A DNA stretch of 64,000 nucleotides from Mobula hypostoma (lineage: Eukaryota): the NCBI RefSeq assembly GCF_963921235.1, contig NC_086108.1, positions 10,540,001 to 10,604,000 of the forward strand, written 5' to 3'. Position 1 is the first letter of the stretch, and each line of letters begins with the position of its first letter. The notes under the pieces are model-generated. The model ran no database searches. It worked only from the letters and a program-made list of their open reading frames with translations, and had not been told where the DNA came from. Shown one piece after another: positions 25,049 to 37,782 of the stretch. A program made the translations under genes and the position numbers.

Positions 25049-25792
25049 CAGCGGTCCCCAATCACTGGGCCGCAAAGCATGTGCTACCGGGCCGCGAGGA
25101 AACAATATGAGTCAGCTGCACCTTTCCTCATTCCCTGTCACGCACTGTTGAACTTGAACATAGGGTTGCCAACTGTCCCGTATTTGCGGGACATCCCATA
25201 TATTGGGCGAAATTGGTTTATCCCATACGGGACCGCCTTTGTCCCGTATTTCCCCCGCTAAGGTAGAGTGCTCCTATGAAACCTTTCATGCTGAAATGGT
25301 GTGAAGCAAAGAAGCAATTGACATTAATTTATTTGGAAAAAATTTTTGAGCGTTCCCAGACCCAAAAAATAACCTACCAAATCATGCTAATAACACATAA
25401 AACCTAAAATAACACTAACACATAGTAAAAGCAGGAATGATATGATAAATACACAGCCTTTATAAAGTAGAAATGAAGTATGTACAGTATAGTCGGGAAG
25501 ATGAAGGCTAAAGCAATTTGTGGGAAAAAGAATAGGCACATAGGCCCATGCGCACACGGGTGCCCACGCAAGGCTTCATGGCCATGGTACACTTTTCCCA
25601 GGGTGAAGTGTCCCGGGATTTGACTGCTACTTTTGTCCCTTACTTGGGAGTGAGAAAGTTGGCAACCCTAACTGTGAAAGACATGTTGAAGTGAATTTAA
25701 CCCTACTTAAACACCCACACCGATCGGCCGGTCTGCAAGAATATTGTCAATATTAAACCGGTCTGCAGTGCGAAAAAGGTTGGGGACCCCTG
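25049..25792. mobile_element. Non-autonomous hAT (Charlie-like TIR) element, 744 bp
   Basis: TIRs CAGCGGTCCCCAA / TTGGGGACCCCTG; 8-bp TSD GTATACTA (25041-25048) and GTATACTG (25793-25800). Confidence 0.85.
25161..25670. mobile_element. Nested hAT-like MITE
   Basis: TIRs TAGGGTTGCCAACT / AGTTGGCAACCCTA; subterminal GTCCC/GGGAC repeats. Confidence 0.8.
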
Positions 25793-26184
25793 GTATACTG
25801 TATACATTTTCTGATAGTCAATGGAACCATTTGAATCATCTGACATAGCGTACATCATGAAATTTGCTGCTTTGCAGCAGCGATACGGTACACAATGTCC
25901 CTGTGAGAATTTAACTGTTATTAACCAGTTGTTCTAACACTCAGCGCCAACATTCTTCACCTTTAGGTTCAAGTCCAAGTTTAATTATTATTCAACCATA
26001 CACAGGAATACAGACGAATGAAACAGCATTCCTCCGGGGCCAATGTCCAAAACGCACAGTACACAGAGCACATATAATCACCTTAGCAGACAATCGTACA
26101 ATTACAACATAAATAAATATATGAGAGAACTAGAGGGAGAGAGAGAGCCCAAGACCCTGAGTGTTGTTGCCTGTAGATTGAATC

Positions 26185-27440
26185 CGAATCAGAATCAGGT
26201 TTAATATCACTGTCATATGTTGTGAAGTTCATTGTCTTTGTGGCAGAAGTACAAAGCAATACATAACAATAGGTAACAAAACTGTGAATTCCAGTAAGTA
26301 TATATTAAATAGTAAAATTAAATAAGTGGTGCAAAAATAGAAATATAAGGTAGTGAGGAGGTGTTCACAGGTTTGATATCCATTCTGAAATTGGATGGCA
26401 GAGGAGAAAAAACTGTTCTTGACTCGTTGAGTGTGCGTCTTTAGGCTTCTGTGCCTTCTTGCTGATGGTCGTGTAACCGTCAGGTTTGGTCAGCAGCGTT
26501 AGTCTAGAGGAAGACACTTTCCGGCCCGCCAAACTTGTGAAATCTCATTTGTGTGGATGCTGCGTGATGTTTTCCCTGTCACAAATCAGTACCACGAAAT
26601 AACAAACGGTACACCATAGGCAATTAAACGATTTAACTTTATAATTCTTAATTTGACCAGAGGGTTAAGAAAAGGGCCCATTTTAATGCAACAGTCTAAT
26701 GCACACAATGGAGCTCAAGATTTTCCCGACCGTTCGTTCTCCATCGATTTTCTCCGGGTGTCGTCGACTCCCGACCTCATTCCATGTCCACTCAGTCCCG
26801 CAGTCTACGATCTCTTTGTTCTGGCATCTTCTCTGTCCATCTTCTGCCGGAAAAAAAGCCCGCAAATACCTTGCTCTCGGGCACACAAGAAAGAAGAACC
26901 TCTCCTCGTTGGACGCCGCACATTCCAAAGCCCCCATTATCTCCAGTCATAACCCAAACACGCTGCTGCTACAATGAAACCATTACATTAGCAGTGAAAC
27001 CTTTCCCAGGGCATTGCAGTAGCAATGAGAAGAGGGCATAACCTGGGGGATGGGGGAGGGTGTCCTTAGTGATGGACGCTGCCTTTTTGGAGCATTGCTC
27101 TTTGAAGATGTCCTGGATACTACGGAAGCTAGTGCCCATGATGGAGCTGAATAAGTTTATAACTCTCTGCAGCTTATTTTGATCCTGTGCAGTAGTTCTC
27201 CCCCCACCCATAACAGATGGAGATGCAGTCAGTTAAGATGCTCTCCATGGTACATGTGCAGAAATTTGCGAGACTGTTTGGTGACATACCAAATCTCCTC
27301 AAAACCTTACTGAAATATAACTACCGTAATGCCTCCCGCATTGATATGTTTGGTCTAGGATAGATCCTCTGAGATGTTGACCCCCCAAGAACTTGAAGTT
27401 GCTCACTCTTCCCACTTCCGATCCCCCTATGAGGACAGCC
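26185..27440 (-). mobile_element. Rex1/Babar-like LINE 3' fragment split by a solo LTR
   Basis: Tail AATCAGAATCAGGTTTAAT; coding remnant collinear across 26471/27019. Confidence 0.8.
26472..27018. mobile_element. Solo LTR (547 bp)
   Basis: TGTAA...TTGCA termini; 4-bp TSD GTCG/GTAG (1 mismatch); cleanly interrupts LINE sequence GATGGTAGCAATG. Confidence 0.75.
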
Positions 27441-28045
27441 CTCTATTGATCGGGCATGGATGTTGTTCTGGAGCCATGTTTCTGCAAAAACAAGCCGCAG
27501 CAATTCCTCATCTCGTGCAGGTGAATGCAATGCAGCTTGCCTGCCATTGAGCGAACACTGGAGACCGGCGCCCAACCCAGCACAGAATCCAGTGGCACAC
27601 AGTCATCTCCAGCACCTCCTTCCCTGGCAGCTGCAACAGGCAACCACAAGGCAGCGACCGAGATGACACAGCTCCCCCACCATCAGTCTCACCAATGAAG
27701 CAGTGAATCAGACTCATTGTAAATTAACACAGTCAATTCCCCAGGGCTGGGATCAGAAGCAGATTGGTAATTCACAAACATGAGAAAATCTGCAGGTTGA
27801 CCTGTCTCACTCAATATTTATGTTACCAAATATCCTCCCTTCTGTTAGTCTCTGTGAGACTGGGTTGGTTTACAACACAACAGCCTCTGGAGAGTTGCAA
27901 ACTGCGATTGTAGAAGAGGAAGATAAAGCACACTCTGACTCCTGTTTCTTGCTTGAGGCAAAATGGAAGCCTTAGAGTACTGCAATACATTAATAATAAT
28001 GAAATCACATCACACCATCATTGCCCTGGTATACTCTGCTGGTAA

Positions 28046-28630
28046 CACTGGATAACAATTTTTTTCAAAAGTGTTGCTTCCTCAGAAATGTTTTGAGGTT
28101 ATGATACAAATGTCTGTTGTTACTTGAATTTGAATATGAACATTAATTTCAGTCTGATTTTATCATGCAGGAATTTGGAGAAACAAGAAATTAACTTTTA
28201 TTGAATATAATGCATTTAATTGCATAATTGCAGTAGTTCAACTAGGCTAAAATGTTTTCTTGATGATTTTCGTTTGTACTCAGTATCTGAGACTTCTCGC
28301 TTAAATGTCCAACAATAATCAGCCAGTATTGATGGATTCCAGTTGCGCTGATACCGTTTCTCCATGATTGCAATGTCCTGGTGAAACCTTTCACCATGCT
28401 CATCTCTGACAGCGCCAGGATTTGCAGGGAAGATGTCTATATGGGAATGCAGAAAATAAATCTTCGGTGACATGTTGCAATTCATGGTTTTGTGTGCTTG
28501 AAGCAAGTTGTAAATCAGCACCATATAGTTTGGTGCTCTGTATTTGCCAAGAAAAGTTTCAACAATATTCTTGAATGTCTTCCATGCGATTTTCTCCGGT
28601 CCCACTAGAAGCTCTTCGAATCACCTGTCG
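28046..28630 (-). mobile_element. Second Chapaev3-like copy (3' half) with open transposase C-terminal frame
   Basis: TIR CACTGGATAACAA; ORF 28216-28605 (-) FLGKYRAPNY..NMSPKIYFLHSH..DEHGERFHQDI..EKRYQ..ADYCW. Confidence 0.8.
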
Positions 28631-28823
28631 TGCACTATCCCCCTCACCTGGTCTCACCTTTCACCTGCCAGATTGTAATCCTTTCCCTCCCCCACCTTCT
28701 TTTTCTGGCTTTTCTCCCTTCCTTTCCAGTCCTGATGAAGGAGCTTGGCACAAAATGCTAACTGTTTTACCCACTCCATGGTTGCTGCCTGACCTGCTGA
28801 GTTCCTCCAGCATTTTGTGTGTG

Positions 28824-29445
28824 CAGACATCCCACCTCTCCCGTAACTTCCGGGAGTCTCCCGCATATTAATAGTGGCTCCCTGATGCCCGCAAATTATA
28901 TACAATGTCCCGGAAATTGATTTTTTTTGAGAGCGAGCGTGAGAGAACGTGCGAGAAAGAGCGAGAAAGCGAGCGCAAGAGCGAGAGAGCGAGCGCGAGT
29001 GAGAGCGACCGCGAGAGAGAGAGCGAGAGCAAGAGCGAGAGAGGGAGCGCGAGTGAGAGTGACCGCGAACAAGAGAGCGAGAGAGTTCCAAAAAAAGTCA
29101 GAGTAGCAGAGTGTTCCAAAAAAAGAAAATATAAAACGTACATCACCCCAGACTACCCTAAAGTCTACCCCTGCCTGATAGGGCTCAAAATAATGACAGT
29201 GTTGCTCACTGCACTGTCTACAACAGTGACTTTTCTATTGCCCATGGTGGGTAAAGACTGTAAAAGACATGTTGAGGTGAGTTTAACAGGTGTCATTCGT
29301 TCATTAGCATAGCTAACGTTATTTAAACTAGCTGGCTGGCTGCTAAGGAGCTACTTTATTGCAGATGTCACATCTCTCCCGGAAGTCTCCTGCAAATTGA
29401 TGGTGCTACCTCCCTGAAATGAGTTTTTGCAGGGTGGGATGTCTG
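28824..29445. mobile_element. Non-autonomous TIR element (hAT-like), 622 bp
   Basis: 13-bp TIR CAGACATCCCACC / GGTGGGATGTCTG; 8-bp TSD TGTGTGTG / TGTGTGTT; internal GA/GC-rich simple repeat. Confidence 0.85.
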
Positions 29446-29927
29446 TGTGTGTTACTTGAGAACAAGGGTCAGAATGGTGGAGGCAGGGTGATCAAGGGCT
29501 GTGGGGACAGGGAGTACAGGCTGACAGTGGAAATACTTGAAAAGGGAAGTTTATATTCTCTGGGTTCAACTTCCAACTCGCGGCTTAGAGGCAAACCCAG
29601 ACTAAAATTCTAAAGAGTAGAGATTCTGCAAATGTTGGGTCTCCAGAGTACAGCACACACAATACTGGAGGAACACAGCAGGTCAGGCAGGTCCTGATAA
29701 AGGGCCGCAGCCTGAGATGTTGACTCTTTATTCCTCTCCATAGGTACTGTCTGACCTGCTGAGCTCCTCCAGCATTCTGAACTTCCAAATGATAGCTTTC
29801 ACAGTGAAGATTTACTGGCCAACTCATGTGGACCACACTCTGAAATGTTATTTAAAGTAGACTGAAAAGATCTCACAGAACCAACTGCACAAGAAAAATC
29901 TTGATTGGCTATTGATTTTGTATTGAC

Positions 29928-30490
29928 AGACTGGTATGGAAACACCAATGCCTTTGAACGGAAAATCCTGCAAAGGGTAGTAGAGTTAGCTCAGTACATT
30001 GCGGGTAAAGCTCTCCCAACCACTGAGCACATCTACATGAAACACTGTTGTAGGAAAGCAGCATCAAAAATCCTCACCACCCAGGCCATGCTCTTTTATA
30101 ATTGCTGCCATCAGGTAGAAGGTACACGAGCCTCAGGACTCACACCACCAGGTCCAAGAACTGTTATTACCCCTCAACCATCAGGTTCTTGAACGAAAGG
30201 GGATAACTACACTCACTTACCCATCCACTGAGATGTTCCCACAACCAATGATCTCACTTTAAGGACTCTTTATCTTGTTATTTCATGTTCTCATTATTAA
30301 TTGCTATTTATTTATATTTGCATTTGCTCAGTTTGTTGTCTTCTGCACTCTGGTTGATCTTTCACTGATCCTGTTATAGTCGCTATTCCATAGATTTGCT
30401 GAGTATGCCTGCAGGAAAATAAATCTCAGGGTTCAAGTAGTGACAAATATGTATGCTGATAATAAAATTTACTTTGAACTTTGAACTTCA
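29928..30490 (+). mobile_element. Rex1/Babar-like LINE 3' fragment
   Basis: WYGNTNAFERKILQRVVELAQYI..; tail ACTTTGAACTTTGAAC. Confidence 0.75.
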
Positions 30491-31377
30491 TATCTGATCC
30501 TGATATGCTAAATAATGGTTAAATTTACATAAAATCAAACTTAGCAATTTATAATGTCCTTCGGTAAAAAACTATGAATATATTAGACAAACATGGGTAC
30601 AAGGCAAGTACAAGGCCCAGTGTTGAGAGTTTGCTCCTCCAACCACAGGGCCTTCCCCACACTGGACCTCAGGATATCACCAACCCCAGCGAGGCTAGGC
30701 CTCATATCTTTCATTACTTGGTGATCAGGTTCAGCAGTCAGAGCGACCCCGATGAGAAGTGTTTGTATTGGAACAAAAATGCGGCATTCGTAGACATTGG
30801 GGGCCATTGTAGTGTAGTGGTTAGTGTGTCACCATTACAACTTGGGGCGTTTGAATTGGAGTTCAGTCCCAGCATCCTCTGTTAGGCGTTTGTATGTCTT
30901 CCCAATCATGTCAAGTCAAGTTTATTGGCATTCAACTATATACACGTATACCAGCAAACAAGACAATGTCTCTCTGGACCAGGGTGTAAAGCACAGCAGT
31001 ACACACAATAACATAGGAAAGCAAGAATTAACATCTACAAATGAATTACACATAGATAAACAAAGTAAAGTGCATAAATTAAATATTGCAGGGTACAGTA
31101 CAAATTATCCCGTGACACTTTGAACGCGATGTGGCAGGGAGTTCAGAAGCCTAATGACCTGAGGGAAGAAGCTGTTTCTCATCCTGACTGCGTGAGTTTC
31201 CTCCTGGTGCTCTGGTTTCCTCCCATAGTCCAAAGATACACTGGATGGTAGGTTAATTGGTCATTGTAAATTGTCCCGTGATTAGGTTTGGGTTAAATTG
31301 GGGATTACTGGCCGGCGAGGCTCGAAGAGACGGAAGTTCCTGCTCCACACTGTATGTCAATGAATAAGTAAATAAGC

Positions 31378-31565
31378 ATAGATACCGCACACAGCTTGTA
31401 TGTCAATTGCAAGGTGAGACACCTCAAACACATACCTCACACACGTACCTCACACAGCTTGTGTGCCAATTGTAAGGTGAGATACCTCACACAGATACCT
31501 CACACAGATACCTCACACAGATACCTCACACAGATACCTCACACAGCCTGTGTGTCAATTGTAAG
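31378..31565. repeat. Short tandem repeat (13-bp GATACCTCACACA within ~60-bp higher-order units)
   Basis: Directly visible. Confidence 0.8.
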
Positions 31566-32119
31566 GAGAGCTAGCTGCATCAGGAATATAAAGAGAAACT
31601 GTCAGGAGACATGGGCACAGATAAAGAGGACTGACATTTTGAGTTGAAGATCTTTCCTCAGAACCTTTCCAATGACCTGAAACCCAGCTCTGTTCCTTTT
31701 TCTGCAGACATTGCCTAACGTGCCGAAAATTTCTTGTATTTAATGTTTTCTTTCAGATTTCCATGATCAGTGGAATTTTTGTTTTTTGATTTGGGATAGA
31801 TTAGAAAATGCACCCAAAAGATGCGATAGCTTGCTGCTGTGACTGGACAGTGCATGGAAGGGTCATGGAGTTAAAGAGCACTACATCACAGAAGCAGGCC
31901 CTTTGGCCCATCTAGTCCATGCTGAACTGTTATTCTACCTATCCCATTGACCGCCCTGGATCATAGCCCCCCATGCTTCTTTCATGCACCTATCGAAACT
32001 TCCCTTAAATGTTCTCAATCAAAACCACACCCAACATTTCCACTAGCAGCTTGTTTCACACTCTGAGTGAAGAAGCTTCCCCTCAAGTTTCCCTTAAATC
32101 TTCCACCCTTCTCCCGAGC

Positions 32120-32300
32120 TTGGCACGGTAATGGAGTGGTTAGCACAACGCTTTAAGGTACTGGAGAAGCGGGTTCAATTCCCACCGCTGCCTGTAATGA
32201 GTTAGTACCCTGTGTTATTAGGCTGGAATTAAATTGGGGGATTGTGGGTGGCATGGCTTGAAGGGCCAGAAAGGCCAGTCCCATGCTGTATCTCAATAAA
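32120..32300 (+). mobile_element. tRNA-derived SINE (related copies at ~35020-35175 -, 40030-40290 -, 41685-41920 +, 55100-55410 +, 55620-55835 -, 56470-56610 +)
   Basis: A-box-like TGGCACGGTAATGGAGTGGTTAGC and B-box-like GGTTCAATTCCC; shared core among copies. Confidence 0.7.
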
Positions 32301-33176
32301 ACAAACCTCTGAGCTCCGGTTCTAGTCTCACCAAACCTCAGTGGAAAAAGTCTGCTTGCAGGAGTTGCCAGGCAGTGTTACACTCAACACAAGTGCCGTA
32401 GGGACGCCAGCTCTAAATTTTTCCCTCCAGGATTTACTCCCGAAGTCTTCCCCATGAGTGTGTATAGCCACAAGGCAGCAGAGGTTTCAGATCAGAGTTT
32501 TCCTTCTCCGAGATGAGCTGCCACCCATGGCTGATGAGCCCCAGCTGCCCAATGCGACCGGCTTTAAGGTACCAGGAACCCACCTTTGCCCCTTCTTCGT
32601 AGAAATGGTTCTGCTAGGCATAGTAACTAGTCACACCTGAAGGCCAGGAGCTGGTTGTTAGAGGCTATTTGAGACCCACACCATTGGGAGCATTTAATCA
32701 GTAGTGGGAGCTTCTCCCTACTATCAGCCCCAGCTATAACAACTTTATACCTCTATCAAAACTCCTCTCATTCTCCTATGCCTCAGGGATTAAAGTGATA
32801 ACCTATTCAACCTTTGTCTATCAGTCAGATTATCAAATGCTGAGGTGATATCCACAGTACCAAGTTACTTCTTGGTCATTTTCCAGGATGGGAGTCCATG
32901 TCAGTGACCGTCACAGGTAATGTCAATGGGAACATCACAGGGAATGTCAATGGGAACATCACAGAGGCAGTTCTCACAGGGATGTTAAATATAGAGATTC
33001 TACTCTCTGGGAAAGGGACGGGGCTCCAGGACTGAGTCTTCTGGATCGGGGGAGAGAGCTATACAGTGCAGGGACAGACCCTCTGGCCCGTTGTGTCTGT
33101 ATCATCTGTGATACCAGTCTAACTAATGGCATCAGCCTGTACACAGACCATGTCCTCCATTCACCCTCTGTCCATC

Positions 33177-33998
33177 TGTCACACCACTGGGTTCTGGTGA
33201 GGGTTGCATGCCCTTCTGAAGGTGTGAACTTGAAAAGCAGATGGCAGGTTGCAATAGCACGTTCAGTTTATGGTGTGCCACCGGCGAGGAATATTTAGAA
33301 AAAGTGCAAGAATATTAACAGTGCAAAAACTAACAGAACTGACAAAAAGGGAAAATACAGATTATATATCATCAGACCTTTAGGACAACAGCTCAAGAAA
33401 CATCTGTCTTGTCTCATCCCGTCCCGTCTCACCTCACCTTACCACACTGCCCCTCCCCCCCCTTTTCCACTTACACCAAAATGAACCTTTAAGCAAGGTT
33501 CTCCTTACTCTGGAAGAAAAGGGATGGCCCATTCAGTGGGAGTTGTTACCATGAGCCTAAACAATTACACAAAAACCAAAACACAGGATCTCACATCCTT
33601 CTTCACAATCACAAATGTCCACAAGTACATGCATCACCTTAAGATCAGCATGACAAAATCAATCAACAACTAACCATTTTCCAGGAGACAGCACTCTTCC
33701 CTCCCACCCAAAATTAACTCTTCCACTGAGCACGTGCCTTTTTAAGGCACCCCCACCCATCAATCCTTCCCAAAACTTCCAAAACTGGAAGCAACAGGAG
33801 GTGTCAAACGACGCCACTGTCCCTGGAACGTGCAGGTACAAACAGAAGTGTCCATGCTGCACGTTGACCTTGCATGCGGACCCAAAGCATAATGTCAGCA
33901 CTGCCAGACAGCAATAATGAGAATTTACTGGGGTGGGGGTGGGGGGGTTGTTGGAGAGAGTGGGAAGACCTTACTTGTGGCAGACTGACTCTGTCACA
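33177..33998. mobile_element. Possible solo LTR
   Basis: TGTCACA at both ends; appears to interrupt a CR1 3' UTR remnant; no TSD recognised. Confidence 0.35.
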
Positions 33999-34080
33999 TT
34001 ATGTACTTAAATGCTTTTAACATATTGCCATTCCATCTGCCCCTTTCACCACCAGGGGTTCCCAACCTGAGGTCTAAAGG

Positions 34081-34657
34081 TTATGATATGATTATGAAGA
34101 CACGTAGTCCTCTTTTATTGTCATTTAGTAACGCATGCATTAAGAAATGATACATTATTTCCTCCGGTGTGATATCACAAAACACAGGACAGACCAAGAC
34201 TGAAGAAACTGACAAAACCACATAATTATAACATATAGTTACAAACAGTGTAACAATACCATAACTTGATGAAGAAGTCCGTGAGCACAGTAAAGTTCAA
34301 AGTTTCTCAAATGTCTCACATCTCACGCAGACGGGAGAAGGAAGAAAAACTCTCCCTGCCATGCCGACCACAATCCGACTCTGAGTCATCCGAAAACTTC
34401 GAGCTCTGATCAGCTGTCCGACACCGAGTACTGAGCGCCATCTCTGTCCGGACGATTCGACCTCCTTCTCGGTCGCCAAAAGCAGGCAAGGCCGGGGATT
34501 TTGAGGCCTACCCTCCGAAAGATTCCCGACCACACAGTAACAACAGCAGCAGACGGGCGTTTCAGAAATTTCTCCAGATGTTCCTCTGTGCTTTCACATC
34601 CATTCTCCATCAAATCAGAATTGTCCATGGCCCCTATTTAACAGATACGACATCATT
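34081..34657 (-). mobile_element. Non-autonomous retroelement (~600 bp), copy 1
   Basis: Highly similar reverse complement of 54289-54897; AATAAA plus (CATAAT/CATAT)-like tail. Confidence 0.8.
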
Positions 34658-35419
34658 TATTATCAAAGCGTACAACGCTGAAACTCTTCTTCTCCAGATA
34701 GCCATGAAACCAAGAAAGAAAGGAACGTCAGCATGGTCATCAGTGCCCAAATCCCTCCTCCCTGTTCAAAAAAAAACAAACAAAAATGGAACAGGTACAT
34801 TGATCACACACCCCACCCAAATCCCCCTCCCCTGCACACAAAACAAAATGATATAGATCTGGCAAAAAATACTGAATATAAAAACTTGAAGACTGAGAAA
34901 GAAAGTCTATAGTCCATAGTTCAAGTCCATATCCATAACCATATCCAAAACGCAGGAAACTGGGGTAAAATTCACCAGGCACAGCGGCAGGCTCCCCCCT
35001 CTCTGGCAGCAGAACGATTCCACCAATCTTTGGACTGTGGGAGGAAACCAGAGCACCCAGAGAAAACCCACATGGTCACAGGGAGAATGTACAAACTCCT
35101 TACAGGCAGTGGTGAGAATTGAACCTGGATCACTGGCACTGCAAAGTATTATGCGAGTAACCACATTACCATGACGCCAGAATGTCCTCTAGTATTGTAA
35201 CATTTCCACCCTGACAAAAGAACTCCGATGACTTAACTCCTACAAACACAAGAGATTCTGCAGATGCTGGAAATTCAAAGCAACACACAGAAAATGCTGG
35301 AGGAACTCAGCAGGTCAGGCAGCATCCAAGGAGAGGAATAATCAGCTGACGTTTTGGACTGAGACCCTTTTTTAGGACTGAGAAGGAAAGGGAAGATACC
35401 AGAATAAAAAGGTGGAGGG

Positions 35420-36252
35420 AGGGCATACAGGAGCGAGATATACCAACTAGTGGAGTAGTGTCGCAGCAACAACCTTGCCCTCAATGTCAGTGAGACGAAA
35501 GAGTTGATTGTGGACTTCAAGAAGGACAAGATGAAGAAACACATACCAATCCTCATAGAGGGATCAGAAGTGGAGAGATCTCTGTGTGTCAAGATCTCTG
35601 AGGACCTAACCTGGTTCCAAAATATCAATGCAGCTATAAAGAAGGCAAGACAACGACTATACTTCATTAGGAGTTTAATGAGATTTGATATCTCAACAAA
35701 TACACTCAAAATCCTCTGTAGATGTACCATGGAGAGCATTCTTACAGGCTGCATCACTGTCTGGTATGGTGCGGGAGGGTGGCCACTGCACAGGACCGAA
35801 AGAATCTGCAGAGGGCTGTAAATCTAGTCAGCTCCACAGCTCCATCTTGGGCACTAGCCTACAAAGTACCCAAGACCTCTTCAAGGAGCGGTGTCTCAGA
35901 AAGGCAGATTCCATTATTAAGGACCTCAAGCACCCAGGGCATGCTCTTTTCTCACTGTTACCATCAGGGAGGAGGTCCAGAAGCCTGAAGGCACACACTC
36001 TGCGATTCAGGAACAGCTTCTTCTGCTCTGCCATCAGATTCCTAAATGGACATTGAACCCGCGAACACTACCTCACTTTTTAAAAATATATTATTTTTGT
36101 TTTTGCACGATTTTTAATCTATTCAATATACATATACTGTAATTTATTCATTTATTTATTCTTCTATATTATGTATTTCATTGAATTGCTGCTGCTAAGT
36201 TAACAAGTTTCATGACACCTGCCGGTGATAATAAACCTGATTCTGATTCTGA
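35420..36252 (+). mobile_element. Rex1/Babar-like LINE 3' fragment inserted in a Penelope-like repeat (35225-35420 + 36253-36530)
   Basis: NNLALNVSETKELIVDFKK..RQRLYFIRSL..RFRNSFFCSAIRFLN; tail ATAAACCTGATTCTGATTCTGA; the flanks are two halves of the repeat seen whole at 58120-58655. Confidence 0.8.
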
Positions 36253-36947
36253 AACAGAAGGAGGAGGGGACTTGGGGAAGGAATAGGCAGGTGGGAAGAA
36301 GTAAAAGGTCAGAATGGGGACTAGTGGGGGGGGGGGATCAGAATTTGTTTACCAGAAGGAAAAATCGATATTCATGCCACCAGGTTGGAGGCTACCCAGA
36401 CGGAATACAAGGTGTTGCTCCTCCGCCCTGATGGTGACTTCATCGCGGCACAAGAGGAGGCCATGGACCGATATGTCGGAACGGAAATGAGAATCAGAAT
36501 TAAAATGTTTGGCTACTGGGAAGTTCCCCCACTCAGGGTCTCGCCCACATCATAATGCACATTACAATCGAATGAACGATACCCTTTGTAAAGGATGCAG
36601 ATTTTTGTATCTTGGGACACTCCAGCACTCTGAAGTGTCACAGATCCCACATGAACAGCTCTTATGGAGCGACAATTCAATTTTCTTTCCACAGTAGAGC
36701 TTTTGATTTGCTATGCATTACAAAAACACTTTACAATGCACTTTACATGCAAATATGCTCTCTATCTCATTGTCAGTTTTTTTTTAAATGATGATATCAG
36801 CTGCCTAGTCAGCTTGTAAAGCTCCAAGGCTTTCGGTGAAGGTCTTGGGTCACAAACCCCTCCTTCCCAGTGGTACTTGTCGTACTGTCTGATCATCTCA
36901 TCCATAGCAGAGAAAAAAAAATGGGCCCAAAACTCTTGCTCTGCCTT

Positions 36948-36961
36948 GTTGCTATGGCAAC
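36948..36961. promoter_or_regulatory. Palindromic RFX X-box motif
   Basis: GTTGCTATGGCAAC matches the RFX consensus GTTGCYATGGYAAC in non-repetitive sequence. Confidence 0.45.
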
Positions 36962-37782
36962 AGGAAAAGCAGGCCCAGGAATTCGCAAAATCTGAAATGT
37001 CAATTATAAATAACACTTCGCTCTTCACACAGAAATCAAAGCAAAGATTCACCTGTTCTGTGGGAATAAACTGGCACAGCATGTGCAGGGGGTAGTGTGG
37101 CTGCCTCAGTTCCAGAGGACCCAGTTCAATTCCCACCTCCAGCTCTGCTCAGGTAGAGTTTGCACATTCTCCCTCTAATGGGGTGGCTTCCTCAAGGTGC
37201 TCCAGTTTCCGCCTCGCAGCCCTAAGATGTAATTACCCTAAGTGCTGCCAGGTAGAAAGATTAACGTAGGGTGAGTTGGTATTCAGAGAGAGAATGGGCT
37301 GTTGGAGAGGAAGTTAGTTGCAGAAAAATATCATATGGTAACTACAGTGAACTATCCAACTAGCAGGAAAGGTCATTGGCTGCAGCAGGGAACCTGAGTG
37401 TGTCCAAAATTATGAAGGCATCTGGCTGGAGACAGCAGAAATTTGGCACACTGGCTTTCATAAATCAAAGTATTGAGTACAGGAGATGGAATGTTACGCT
37501 GAAGTTATATAAGACTTTCGCAAGGGGTATGGAGGGCTATGGTCCTGGTGCAGGTCGATGGGAGTAGGCATTTCAAATGGTTCGGCACAGACTAGATGGG
37601 CTAGAAGTGCTGTACTTTTCTATGACTCTGAGACTCCAAATGGTCATTGGCTCCAGTCTACTGTCGTTGCAGGACTTGTCCGTATCCAGCACAAGGAAGC
37701 AGCAGGAAACTATCATTGCAGATGTTACCCAACCCCTGAAACTGCCTTTGCCAAAAGCTCCCTATTAAAACAAACATTTGGA

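Noticed and set aside
28654..29312. RS/RE-rich ORFs resembling SR splicing factors
   Set aside because: Arise from a GA/GC simple repeat inside a TIR element
32120..32190. tRNA gene
   Set aside because: A/B-box-like motifs belong to a multi-copy SINE head; no cloverleaf
32919..32964. 24-bp tandem duplication AATGTCAATGGGAACATCACAG
   Set aside because: Simple local slippage duplication; no further structure
36762..37136. 124-aa minus ORF (..MIRQYDKYHWEGGVCDPRPSPKALELYKL..) as a host exon
   Set aside because: Starts inside a SINE, crosses homopolymer runs, has no recognisable domain and no partner exons
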